Assembly: GCA_003427395.1 (NCBI GenBank) | Contig: BFEA01000020.1 | Location: forward strand, 4,919,224-4,983,223 | Direction: 5' to 3' | Source: Chara braunii | Taxonomy: Eukaryota > Plantae > Charophyceae | Length of the DNA: 64,000 nt | Shown here: positions 24,835-37,215 of the stretch, in pieces | How the letters are laid out: each line of letters begins with the position of its first letter | How positions within the stretch are numbered: the first letter of the stretch is position 1 | The notes under the pieces: model-generated | The model's database searches: none | Told to the model about the DNA's origin: nothing | What the model saw: the letters and a program-made list of their open reading frames with translations, nothing else | Position numbers and translations under genes: made by a program

Positions 24835-25192
24835 CTGACTGAGCATTTGGACCATACGTCATCCTGGGCCCAAAAACCACTGACTGAGCATTTGGAAACA
24901 CACGCTTGGACACGATATAACCTTGGCAAGGAAAAAAAGGGAGAAAGAAACTGTTCCACAAACACAGAGTATGATGCACACACCCACAGACACACGCACA
25001 CAAGGGACGCTGACAACGAAGAGAGGACGACTCCCCCCCATCGCAAGTGTGTGCATGTGAGGGAGAGAGAGAGGCAGGGCAGAGCAGACGACTTCCCCCA
25101 TCGCAAGTGTGTGCATGCGAGGGAGAGAGAGAGAGGGGCAGGGCGCACACAGGCGCACGACACGAGCGTGCGCGCTCCAGGTAGGCGGGGGG

Positions 25193-25243
<51 letters not shown>

Positions 25244-25273
25244 NNNNNNNNNNNNNNNNNNNNNNNNNNNNNN

Positions 25274-25320
<47 letters not shown>

Positions 25321-25906
25321 AAGGGAGGAAGGGAGGGAGAGAGATTGCCTGTTTTCTATTCAAATGCAACAGGCATTGCAAGCAAAGTGTCATCTCATTC
25401 AGAAGTATCAAATCGTGGAGAAAAGAAAGCCTAGTCATTATTTCCGGGAGAACATGGTAGGGTAGACCTGATTCATAGAAGCACACTAGAAAAGAGGAGG
25501 AGATGGGAGGTCTGAAGGAGAGGAGACGGACAGGAGGACCATTTGCAACATGTGAAACACAAAGCTGAACCGAAAACCTCGCACAGACAAAAAGGATTAG
25601 GTGGGTGCATAATGCATGGACGACAACGATAAAGATGCTGAAGAGTTAGACGACCTCAGAAACTAATCATCTCGTGCAGTTGTGATGGCAACAAAACAAC
25701 TTGCCCTGTTAGCACTTTTTTCCCTGCAATATCTTCAAAAATCATTCCGCTTGGACGAAAACGCCGGCACTCCATTCAACTCAACATGGGTATTGGAAAA
25801 TTCTTAGAATCATGTGGTGGGCTGATACTATGCTACCAAGGAGCACAGTGGAGATAGAAAAAGGCAGATGCAGGAGAGATTTACAAAAGGCAGATGGGAG
25901 CCTTAA

Positions 25907-27478
25907 CTATGCACGATCATAATGCCGAAGCCTGTACAAGAGCGCCCTGCCTTGTGAATTCCCCACAGCCAAGAAGCCTCCCCCGGGGCTGAAATCCAGT
26001 GAATGAATGTAGGCCAACGGTGTCCGTGTTGTGGGCCAATTTGAGAAAACCGTAAGCGATGGGACATGCACAAGTCGCAATGCGTCCCTGTTGTTGTTCG
26101 AACTCATCGCCAAAATCTGCGCATCATGGTTAAACTTTACACAATTTACCCATGTCGTTAAGTTCATCAAGGCCTTAAGAGGGTCTCGCTTGCCGCTCAG
26201 GTATTTATGCCTATCATACACATTGACCACTCCTGTGTCGCCGCCCGTGGCCATATAACGACCATCCAATGACGACGCAATCGCCGTTGCCCGGACACAA
26301 CCCTCATCCTTGCCTTTGTCTATGCATTGCCGTGTTCGCATATCCCAGTGATAGATGTCACCATCACTGCCCGATGTAATCAACTCCTGCCCACCTGCAG
26401 TAAAGGCAAGCGTTCTTGCTGTCCCATTCATCTTCAGATTGGCTATCCACTGCTTTGTCCTCTGGGACACCAGCATCACATACCCATCCTTGCCAAGAAA
26501 GGCAGCCACATTATTGTCCGGGGACAGCTCAAACGTTTCAAGACTCCTCTCCTCTCTCCCCATTATATTGTCAACTCGTTCCACTCTGCCGCCAAGGATG
26601 TCATAGACATAGTAAAACTTCCTGCCACCTGATGCAAACACCTTGAGGCCATCCCCAGAGAACGCTGCCTTCTGAACAGGCATGTTGTCAAGGAAGATTC
26701 CCTGAACTTTCGGGTTGTGCTTGCCGTCCAGTTGAAAGAACTTCAATGATTTGTCAGTGCCACCTGTCATAAACAGCTGACCATTGGGATGGAAAGCCAC
26801 TGACTTGGTCCTGCCCTGACACGGATCATCGCGATTGGCATCATTCAGAGGGATAATCTCCAGGACCCCTTGGATCAGCCTAGAGGATTTCTTAGCAATC
26901 AAAGGCTGCCGAATCCTCAAAAGATCATCTGCATCCTCAGCAGCGTCTACTTCTCCCAACCCTTCTTCGTCAGACTCATCGGAGTCTTTGGAATTTCGCA
27001 ATCGCAGCCCATCACCAGCATCCACGGGTGGCCGATCACTTTTCGCTGAGGGCAGTTTTGCCCATTCAGTGCGGGGATTGAGCTTTGCATACTCTTTCCG
27101 GAGACGTTTCGCATATTCAGCACCACTCACTTCTACTTCCGTGTGATCGACCCTCATGGATCTCATTCTCCTGCCAACCTTTAAACCAACTACAACCCCT
27201 TCCTCATCTGGATCATCCCAAGCAGGCCGCCTTTTCTTCCCCAAGAATTGCACCTCCTCACCTTCTTCCTCTCTCTCTCCATCATCGCAGTCCTCGACTT
27301 CGGACGACGGCAAGGGTGCAATATCCAGTTTCTCCTTGCGAAACTCATCTGCACCCTTGCCTGATGCAAACAACAAACTTTCCAACCTCTTTGCCTCTTC
27401 CTCTTCTGCTTTCTCCTGCTCCCTATCCTCCGAGGCTTTCTTCCATCTGCCCCTTGAGCTGAGTGGCTTTGGGTCCAT
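25907..27478 (-). CDS. UTP18: U3 snoRNA-associated protein 18 homolog (WD40, SSU processome)
   Basis: 523-aa uninterrupted ORF from ATG 27478 (the ORF-track start at 27508 is non-ATG). Motifs LESLLF, PAWDDPD, LRKEYAKLNPRTEWA, DGKHNPKVQ, KALMNLTT, LTVFSNWPT, DFSPGGGFLAVGN are characteristic of UTP18. A pyrimidine-rich CAG just before the ATG may be a splice acceptor. Confidence 0.95.
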   Translation of the reverse strand: MDPKPLSSRGRWKKASEDREQEKAEEEEAKRLESLLFASGKGADEFRKEKLDIAPLPSSEVEDCDDGEREEEGEEVQFLGKKRRPAWDDPDEEGVVVGLKVGRRMRSMRVDHTEVEVSGAEYAKRLRKEYAKLNPRTEWAKLPSAKSDRPPVDAGDGLRLRNSKDSDESDEEGLGEVDAAEDADDLLRIRQPLIAKKSSRLIQGVLEIIPLNDANRDDPCQGRTKSVAFHPNGQLFMTGGTDKSLKFFQLDGKHNPKVQGIFLDNMPVQKAAFSGDGLKVFASGGRKFYYVYDILGGRVERVDNIMGREERSLETFELSPDNNVAAFLGKDGYVMLVSQRTKQWIANLKMNGTARTLAFTAGGQELITSGSDGDIYHWDMRTRQCIDKGKDEGCVRATAIASSLDGRYMATGGDTGVVNVYDRHKYLSGKRDPLKALMNLTTWVNCVKFNHDAQILAMSSNNNRDALRLVHVPSLTVFSNWPTTRTPLAYIHSLDFSPGGGFLAVGNSQGRALLYRLRHYDRA

Positions 27479-28147
27479 CCTGCCCGGAAGCAGATGGCAC
27501 AGAGGCAAGCAGATTTATGGGACTGTAATGAATCTCAACAGAGCGGGATGGCAAGCAACAACAGACGGATCTCCTCACTTAACAATGGTGCAAGGCTCCA
27601 GCTCCCCTCGCCCGCAGACAGAGCAGCACATATTAGTGCTGCCCGTGGCTTGAAATCAACCAACCAAACAGCCCGTTCGTTCATGAACACAGAGAAAGAG
27701 AGAAGCTGTCAACCATCTGGAAGAACACATCCTGACACAGCACAGATGCAATCTGACACGATGCGAAAGGCAAGAGGAAACCAAAAAAAAAGAAGCAGCG
27801 GCCAAGACACGGGAAAAGGGACAGAAGACGAAAACAAGGTGATCTGGCAATGCTATATAAACACAATCTACTCTAGACTGCAATGTGGATTCTAAAGCCC
27901 AAACCCTCCGCCGCTACAGTACGTGTGTGCCGCTTGTACCGGAAGGATCACCAACCCCTACAGCAAACCGAAAAGCTCAGGCTTCCATTTTCGTTCTCTT
28001 TTTTTTTTTTTTTTTTTTTTGGGACCATTTCTCGATCTATGCCCTCAGAACAGCGAACGTTTTCACACAGCAAGGCCCAGGGTCACAGCGAAACCAAAAG
28101 GAGTTCCACTACAGAGGAACCTCATTAACTCCTCCCCTCCCCCAAAC

Positions 28148-28228
<81 letters not shown>

Positions 28229-28304
28229 CTCTCTCCACCACACGCCCTTCCTCCCCACACCCCCTTCCTCCCCACACCCGAGGGTTCAATCTTGTTCTTT
28301 GATC

Positions 28305-28622
28305 TCTCTCTTTTTTCTTGTCAATGAATCTAACCCTTTTTTTATGTCAGGGGTTGAATCTCTCTTTTTTCTTGTCAATGAATCTAACCGTTTTTTTATG
28401 TCAGGGGTTGAATCTCTCTCTTTTTTCTTGTCAATGAATCTAACCTTTTTTTTATATCAGGGGTTGAATCTCTCTCTTTTTTCTTGTCAATGAATCTAAC
28501 CTTTTTTTTATGTCAGGGGTTGAATCTCTCTCTTTTTTCTTGTCAATGAATCTAACCTTTTTTTTATGTCAGGGGTTGAATCTTTTGTTCCTTTTGTTCC
28601 TTTTGTTCCTTTTGTTCCTTTT
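28305..28622. repeat. Minisatellite (~58-bp unit x5) followed by (TTTTGTTCC)n
   Basis: TTTTCTTGTCAATGAATCTAACC...TATGTCAGGGGTTGAATC repeated. Confidence 0.9.
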
Positions 28623-29156
28623 CCGAAGGTGTCATTGGATATCCCGCATTCTGTTAAAATGACCGAGAAAAAGGAACACCTGCTGGCGAGACCGACTCTC
28701 CCTCGGCTCGTCGAGTTCGTCTCTTAAGAGCGAAGGCGAGCAAGAAACACCCCTCTCTCCCTGCACATTGCGAGAGAGAGGAGCCATGCAATGACAGAAA
28801 GAAAGAGGGAAAGAAGAATACTGCTGAGAGAGAGAAGACATGCAGTGACAGAGTCAAAGAGCGAAGGAAGAACACTGCTGGAGCGATCGTTTGCACGACG
28901 TCTGTTGTCTGGAATAGATGGCTGTCGTGTGTACGCGCGAGAGAAAGAGAGAGGGGAGACATGCAATGTGATATCAAAATCTCATGATGCGTGGCATGTC
29001 GATGGGCGTTGTGTGTACGAATGAAGAAACAGTAGGGGGAAATCGAACGATGAAACCAACGACCGGTCGTTGTTCACTGAGTTTTCTTCGTTTTCTTTTC
29101 CTGTTTCAATGCCTCAGCCTTCTTCATTTGCTTCAGAAGCAACACTCGCCGACTGT

Positions 29157-29247
29157 AATCAATCCATTCACCGAATTGAATCAATCAATCCATTCACCGA
29201 TTTGAATCAATCAATCCATTCACCGATTTGAATCAATCAATCCATTC
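29157..29247. repeat. 26-bp tandem repeat x3.5
   Basis: AATCAATCCATTCACCGATTTGAATC units. Confidence 0.85.
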
Positions 29248-29924
29248 ATCATGTTTACGAGTAGAAGGAGGCTCTACTGAGAGGATAGCTTGTAGAATCG
29301 ACGACCATCGTGACTTGATTAAGATCATCCAGAAGCGACCACAATCAATTCTGCATTTCATTTCGGCGCAGAGCTGATGAGCACCACTTGGTGTTGGCTT
29401 CACCAACGACCTCCCGCGCGACACATGAGAGAGGAGAAATGGACACAAAACTCTGCGCCGAAATAAAATGCGGAACGGACTCACATGAGATACGTCTGGC
29501 AACGCTCCCGCCAGGAAAATGTGGAGATTGAAATCATCGAAGGAACAAAAAACTATATAAGAGGAAAACAGAAGGACTAGAGAAGCTCCAGAAGTGAAGA
29601 GAGGACAACATAGCAGCACACAAGGAGAGGAAAAAAGAAGAAAAGGTACATGAGAGAGAAGACGCGCTCAATTAAGGGTGTAGTACTGTAATATCACACA
29701 GGCAGCATTTCGTCATCCCTTCTTTTTTCATCTAGGGGGGGACTCCGTGAAGAGAAGATAGTGGCCCGAAGATTACTATCCCGCTGAGATCTCTCTCTTC
29801 CCTGTCCCTCTCGCCATCTCTTCCTCCCTCCCTCTTCCCCCTCTCTCTTGCTATTCACCCCTCTCTCCACCCCTTTCTCTCTCGCTCTAGGGGGTGCATC
29901 CGGTCAGTAAGTAATCGTCAAATG

Positions 29925-30011
<87 letters not shown>

Positions 30012-31509
30012 CACTACCCGCTCGACTTTTTCCCTTTCTTCCTTCTCCATTGTCTCCCTTCCGCCTATCCGATTCCACCCTTCAACTTGCGCCCTCCATC
30101 CCCCCTCCCATTTGTGTCTCTCGCCCAACTTTTCCCGTCTTTCTCCACGCCTTTCTCTCCTCCTTCGGGATCCCCTTTCGAGCTCCTGCTCTCCAATACT
30201 CGATGTGGCCCTTGCGGATCTGCTATGTCCTTTCCTCTCTTTCCCTGTCTGTCGCTCTTTCTCTCTTCATTGCTCTCTCTCCATCACCAGCAAATCCGTG
30301 TTTACCCTATGCCTCTCGTCATTCAGGCCCTTCGTCATTATCCTGGTCTCTCCTTTCCTTACAAACCTGTTCCCCCCGCCCGCCCTCCGGTCTGAGATCG
30401 TCTTCCTCCCCACCTTGTCCGCATCCCCCCCCTACACGACCTGCATTCCTTACAACCTGTCCCCCTTGTCCTTCCTTCTCCTGCACTTCATCGGTTCCTA
30501 GATACTCACGCCTGATTGGCTCGGATTTCGACCTTCTCCTCCACTCGATCCCAGATCCTAATTCCCCCCCCCCCCTCCCAATCCACNCCCTCCCAATCCA
30601 CGCTGCCCATCCCCTTCTTCGCAAATTGGGTTCCACCTACATCCTCCTCCCATTTACTTTAGAACCCCCCTCGCCGTCTTCCTCCTCCACAGCCTCCTTA
30701 ACGCCGGCAAACTTCGCTTTGCATGCTTGACCTTATCCCGATGGCTCTCCTTCTGCTTCGTATGTTGTCGCATCCCATCCTGACAGACTAATACCGACCA
30801 TCCGATCCTCCTGATCCTCCTCATCCTCCTCATCCCGCATCCTCACCCTCCCTCTTCGTCCTTCTCCTGCTACTCCAGCCTCTCACGATTGCGATGGGGA
30901 CCTTCTCCTACCTGCCTGAGCACGCAATTGACCTCCCTCTAGTGTTCCTTCCCCCCCCTGCCTCTCCCCATTCACGGCATGATCCCCGCCTACTCCTCGC
31001 GATAGCGGCCGTGCACAAATCCAGTCCCACTTGCAACATGGAAGCCCCGTAAAAAATGGAGTTGCAGCCCTAAATGTCGATAGGGGAAGAAGGGAAGGAG
31101 GTATGTTGGGGGGCAGGGAGAGAGAGAGAGAGGGTGCACGCCGGGCGAACACGCCCATTTGATTTTCGAGCCGAAAATAAACAGAACACTCCGCCTCTTC
31201 ACGCACAACACCGCTAAGAGATGGAGGGAGGTAGGGAGGGAAGGAGGGAGAGGGAGGGAGAGAAAGCGGAAGGGAGGAAGGGAAGGAAGGGAGGAAGGAA
31301 AGAAGGAAGGGGCGAGGGGAGAGAGAGAGAGAGTAGAAACGGAGGGAAGGAGGGACACAGAGAGAGGAGGGAGGGAGGGAGGGAGGGAGGGAGGGAGGGA
31401 GGGAGCGTACTCACCTATTTCCTTTTTGGACCAGTGTGAATGGAACTCTCCACACAGCAGGCACAGAGAAGAGGGAGGGAAGGGGGGGAGGGTCGAGGGA
31501 GGAGGGGGG

Positions 31510-31569
<60 letters not shown>

Positions 31570-32133
31570 ACTTCTGCACGCCCGTTCTCGCGGAGCTCGA
31601 CTCTGTTCCGCATGCCTATTCCTTTCCGAGCGACGCGACACCTCGGAAATTCCGACGGCGCTGCCCCGACAAAACAAATGCGGGTCTAAAAAGCCAATGA
31701 CCTTCCTCAGTGGGCACACCCATGAACTGTTGAAACACAGGCCTGAGTCTTTTCTGAATTATCTGGGCCCCCGCGCACTGACGGTATCGAGATGAAAACC
31801 TTAAAAATCTACGTATGTAGGGCCTCGCGGCGCCGCTCACCAAACGCGAAACGGACACAAACGTTCGGCCTGTTCCGTCACCCAAAGGCCAGATAAAAAA
31901 GGAACGAAAACAGCCCATCAACTTGGCCCTGGAGGGTGATGACCTGGACTTGTAGCGACTGGGGACCACTCAGAATCTCCCGGCTAAACTGGGGTACCAA
32001 GGTCATTAGCCCAATGCTTGAAAATATTTTTTGCTGCTTGGCGGTACTAAGTAACCGGACTGTCGCCCCCCAGAATCAGAACGAGTCATCACTCTGTGCT
32101 CAGTGACTGGCCTCTACAACACCATGGACTTAA

Positions 32134-33400
32134 ACCACTAGTACCTTCGGCGCGTGGGAAAATAGGGAAAAGTGGACATTTTCCCAAACTCCTAAAGTTT
32201 CGGAGGCCGGGCCCGACGACGGCTGCCATTGATAAATCTGATCGGTGGCCGTCGTTTCTTTTCAGCCTCAGAAAAGGTCGGAGGCCCACGGGACGCCCGC
32301 TATTTTCCCACGTGCCAAAAAAGAAAACACAAAAAAAAAATCAGAAAGAGTCAGGAAAAAAAAGAAAAAACAGGGGTTCAGGGGAAATTTGCATTACACC
32401 CCTCAAAGTTGAGATAAATGGCAAAATGCCCCTAAAAGATGTGGGTAGAGCAGAATGTCCTTTTGGCCTGAATTCTCTGTGATATGCGGCTGTCAGGCCT
32501 GGGCACGAATGTGCAATCTGCAGCTCTCCATTAGGGCTTGGGCCTGCACCCTGTTTTACAATGGTATGCCCTCCCTACACCATTTTTTTTGTCTTTCGTT
32601 GTCTTCCCCATCCACATCGTGCTATCCTCCTGTTCGTCGTCCTCCCCCTCCTCCCGCTCGTCATCCTGCCCCTCCTTCTCCCACTGCTCCTAGAGTTCCA
32701 CCCTTTCACATAGCGCCACCCCCGCTCGACATCCCGTCCTTCCTCGCTCCATTCATCCACCTTCGCTCGAGTACTCACCAAATATGCAAAATGAGCATGG
32801 ATGTTCCGCTATAACATAGGAAGATACATTGTCGTATTGTCTGCCGCGTGGGTGTGGGGAACGCACCCCGAAGGTAGCCAGAGCAATGGGACTAAGTGCG
32901 CGCACAAGAGAGGCAGAGGGGGGGGAGGCGGGGAGGCTATCAGAGAGAGAGAGAGAGCGGGCGGGGGGGTGGTGGTGGCAAAATTGGAATATGAGTCAAA
33001 TTGCGGCCGCAACCTATTTCACAACTTAAATGATATTTTTTAAACCACCAGTACTTCCTAAAGTCGCGTAGCGTTAACGCTATGCGATTATAGGAAACGT
33101 ACGGGCCACTACAGGAGCGCCCAAATTCATCCAACTAGAAACGTTTCTACTCTATTTTTTTTCCGCGGCCGATAGCTGGGCCAAGTACTGGTGGTTTAAA
33201 TTTATTTAATATTTTTCCGGAAAGATCACAACAAAATCTATGAGTACTCCAATTTTCAAGTTTTTACACGCATTCTTCTGAGCGCAAGTAATCACTGTAT
33301 TTGGAGTACTTGTTCAGTTGGCCCACACATGGCTGAGTGGCGAAAATGAAAAATGTGTCGAATCGGTGCGGAGATTATTTCGTGGTCCAAATGATTTTTT
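32134..33400. mobile_element. Left part of a large TTAA-ACCACC family element (right end not found)
   Basis: TTAA|ACCACTAGTACC at 32130-32145. Contains the dispersed repeat shared with 50-340. Confidence 0.5.
33044..33195. mobile_element. 152-bp MITE, 13-bp perfect TIR, TTAA flanks
   Basis: TTAA|ACCACCAGTACTT...AAGTACTGGTGGT|TTAA. Absent from the paralogous repeat copy near 115-125. Confidence 0.9.
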
Positions 33401-34652
33401 GTTTTTTGTTTTTTTTTTATTTTTTCCTAGAAAGACACGACCTAATCTATGGATTTGCAAATTTTTAGATTTTTTTGCGGATTCCTCCAAGCACAGAAAA
33501 ATCGTCAAAGTCGCCTCTTGAGTCTGACCTCCCTGTTTTAAGAAGACAGGCCTTAACGCCTGGGCCTGAGGACCCTTTTGCTGTTCACATGCAAGGGAGG
33601 ACCGGTCCTCCAATTTAGCTACCACACCGATTTTACACACGATAGCTGTAGGTAATCCGTAAAAACATCGTCGATCTGTCCCCCAACAACTTTACCCCGT
33701 CAGAACCCACTTGTGCATAGGTCCCCTGTCGCCGAAAAATGTGTCACCTTGACACAAACGCCGAAGCCTACGAAAGCGCAGCCTTAGGGTTGCGAATTTC
33801 CTTCTCCTCCCGTTCCTTCTCCTCCTCCCGCTTGCCTTCCCCCTCTTCATCACGCTCCTCATCTTGCTACTCCGACGAAGATCCAATTATATACAAAATT
33901 AGCAAGAGTCTTCCGCTATAACATGGAAAGATATACGACCATATTTCCTCCTCCTCCCGTTCCTCCACCTCCTTGCGCTCGTTTTCCCCCTTCGCATCGC
34001 TCTTCTCCTCATGCCACTCCGATGACTAAAATGTGCAAAATGCACATGAATCTTCTGCTATAATATGGAAAGATACACCGTCATGTCTTCGGTTAAAACA
34101 TGGGAACATACACGATCGCTTTTCTTTGTTCTCCTTCTGCTCGTCTTCCCTTTCCTCATCACACTCCTTTTGCCACTTCGACGACGAAAATGTGCAAAAC
34201 AAGCCGCTATAACATGCTTATATTTTCTCCTCCAAATCCCTATCCTCCTCCTCTCACTCGTTTTCCCCCTCCTCATCCCGCGAACACTCATTCCTCTTCA
34301 TCCCGCGAAAAAAATATGGGAGACAAAAGGGACCAAAAAAGCAATATATAAACACTCATTTAATCAGCAATTTTGTTAAATGTTTATTTGAAAAGAGTTA
34401 TTTAACTCAAAATGGGCAATTAAGCCCTCTGGTAAAAACAATTGTTTTAACTCTCTAGATGACCGATGCCAGATGTTCCGGTCGGATATTTTAACTAACA
34501 GATTCAATTGGAAATACTATGCTTTATGGAACGTTGTAAAGTTGGCATTATAAGACTATCACGTTGATTTGTGTAGCATCGTGTTTGCAATCAGTGACCG
34601 AACACGAACGTTTATGATTGAACACAAACGAGCATCAAAACACTTCGAACAC

Positions 34653-34720
<68 letters not shown>

Positions 34721-35472
34721 GGTTANNNNNNNNNNNNNNNNNNNNNNNNNNNNNNNNNNNNNNNNNNNNNNNNNNNNNNNNNNNNNNNNNNNNNNNNNNN
34801 NNNNNNNNNNNNNNNNNNNNNNNNNNNNNNNNNNNNNNNNNNNNNNNNNNNNNNNNNNNNNNNNNNNNNNNNNNNNNNNNNNNNNNNNNNNNNNNNNNNN
34901 NNNNNNNNNNNNNNNNNNNNNNNNNNNNNNNNNNNNNNNNNNNNNNNNNNNNNNNNNNNNNNNNNNNNNNNNNNNNNNNNNNNNNNNNNNNNNNNNNNNN
35001 NNNNNNNNNNNNNNNNNNNNNNNNNNNNNNNNNNNNNNNNNNNNNNNNNNNNNNNNNNNNNNNNNNNNNNNNNNNNNNNNNNNNNNNNNNNNNNNNNNNN
35101 NNNNNNNNNNNNNNNNNNNNNNNNNNNNNNNNNNNNNNNNNNNNNNNNNNNNNNNNNNNNNNNNNNNNNNNNNNNNNNNNNNNNNNNNNNNNNNNNNNNN
35201 NNNNNNNNNNNNNNNNNNNNNNNNNNNNNNNNNNNNNNNNNNNNNNNNNNNNNNNNNNNNNNNNNNNNNNNNNNNNNNNNNNNNNNNNNNNNNNNNNNNN
35301 NNNNNNNNNNNNNNNNNNNNNNNNNNNNNNNNNNNNNNNNNNNNNNNNNNNNNNNNNNNNNNNNNNNNNNNNNNNNNNNNNNNNNNNNNNNNNNNNNNNN
35401 NNNNNNNNNNNNNNNNNNNNNNNNNNNNNNNNNNNNNNNNNNNNNNNNNNNNNNNNNNNNNNNNNNNNNNNN

Positions 35473-35551
<79 letters not shown>

Positions 35552-36393
35552 CTAAGCTACGAGAGTGGCCCGGGCTCACTTGGCCAGCTGGGCCAAAAAG
35601 ACTAGGCTACCAGCCGGGCCGATTGGGTCACCCTATTTTCCCGGACGGCCCGGCCGTGCGAAGACCAGGGAATGTCCTCGTAAAAAAAAAAAAAAAAAAG
35701 TCAAACAAATCCGAAAATAACTATGTTATGCAAAAAACTAACTGAACAACTTTTGCCTCAAGATCACATCGAAATTATTTGCCATATTTAAAATAAAAAA
35801 TAAAGTTAAAAAATAATTTTTATTTTTTTATTTTTTTATTTATTTTTGGCCCGGTTGGGCAAGTGACCCCGGGCCACTTTGGTAGCCTAGTGACCCTAAT
35901 AAAAAAATTGTTTATTTTATTTTTCTGCACAACGTGTTTTTTAGCAGATTTTTCGAATTTTGTTTTCTTTTGTATGGCTGGGACCTTCTCTGGTCCTTGC
36001 ATGGCCGGGGCGCCCGGCTGGTAGCCTAGTATGTTATGTAGAATGGTAATACAAACAACTTTTGTCTGGGAGGTATGTTCAAATTTGTATCCAAACTCGA
36101 GTTAAAAAATAATCATAATAAAAAATATAATATAGGCTATCAGCCAGACCGTCCGGGTCACCATATTTTTTCGAGCAACTTGGCTGTGCAAAGACTAGGG
36201 AAGGTCCCAGCCAAAAAAAACACAAAAAAAATTAAAAAACTCTGCTCGAAAAAAAATAAAAATAAATAACTTTTGCCTCAGGATCACATCAAAATTGTTT
36301 TCTAAATTTAAATTTAAAATATATATATTTTTATTTTTTTATTCCTTTTTCACCCGACCGGGCAAATGGACCCGGGCCACCCTGGTAGCCTAG
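35552..36393. mobile_element. Cluster of three CTAGGCTACCAG MITEs (35552-36029 with nested 35602-35890; 36132-36393)
   Basis: Termini CTAGGCTACCAG/CTGGTAGCCTAG and internal homology to 11354-11902. TSDs are not clear here. Confidence 0.8.
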
Positions 36394-36660
36394 AAAATCA
36401 TTAAGAAAAAAAATCATAAAAAAAATTATGTTCGACCGAACACGTTTGGAAGACGTTCTGTCGAACAATCAAATATGTTCGGACGCTCGAAAAAACCCCA
36501 AACATGTTTGGTGTACTGCAAAGACGTCGACCACCTCGAATGATCCCAACAGTCAGGCAAGACCTCGAATGCTGTCATGATTCGGTCATGACAAGTTAGT
36601 AATATTCGAATAGAACAAAGGAGTACTATTCACGTAAACAAGGATAATAAGGTCACAAAG

Positions 36661-36700
<40 letters not shown>

Positions 36701-36702
<2 letters not shown>

Positions 36703-37070
36703 TCACAAACAGAACTGCCCGGTAAACCGTAGGCAGAGAGAGAGAAGAGGACAACAAACGAGGGGCTGTGACAAACTGTTTTGTCGGAGTTTCACCGACT
36801 CATCAGCATATATATATGACGATATATATATTTCTTATTTATATTATATAGAATTAGATTTCATTTTTCTAATAGTAGTAATATTCTGTAATGTAACTTA
36901 TTTTATTTCTTTCTATTTCTTAGTTGATCTATTGATTCTTAGATGAGTGATATATATCAGCCTCCTGATGAGTCGGTGAAACTCCGACGAAACAGTTTGT
37001 CACAGCCCCTCGTTTGTTGTCCTCTTCTCTCTCTCTGCCTACGGTTTACCGGGCAGTTCTGTTTGTGACG
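36701..37070. mobile_element. Long-TIR (~106 bp) element embedded in (TA)n
   Basis: 36701-36806 and 36958-37070 are near-perfect inverted copies around an AT-rich core. (TA)n on both sides. Confidence 0.75.
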
Positions 37071-37215
37071 ATATATATATATGTATATATATATATCATC
37101 ACAAACAGAACTGCACGGCAAACCGTAGGCAGAAAGAGAGATATACATATATATCGTCATATATATATATATGTATGTATATATATATATATATATGTAT
37201 ATATATTTATATATA

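Noticed and set aside
27479-27508. UTP18 start at 27508
   Set aside because: Non-ATG codon; the first in-frame ATG is 27478.
28305-28582. CRISPR-like regular repeats (also 56281-56350 and 29157-29247)
   Set aside because: Head-to-tail units without unique spacers, no cas genes, eukaryotic context.
29880-31800. Numerous 100-226 aa ORFs
   Set aside because: Derived from CT/GA low-complexity sequence, with no domain motifs.
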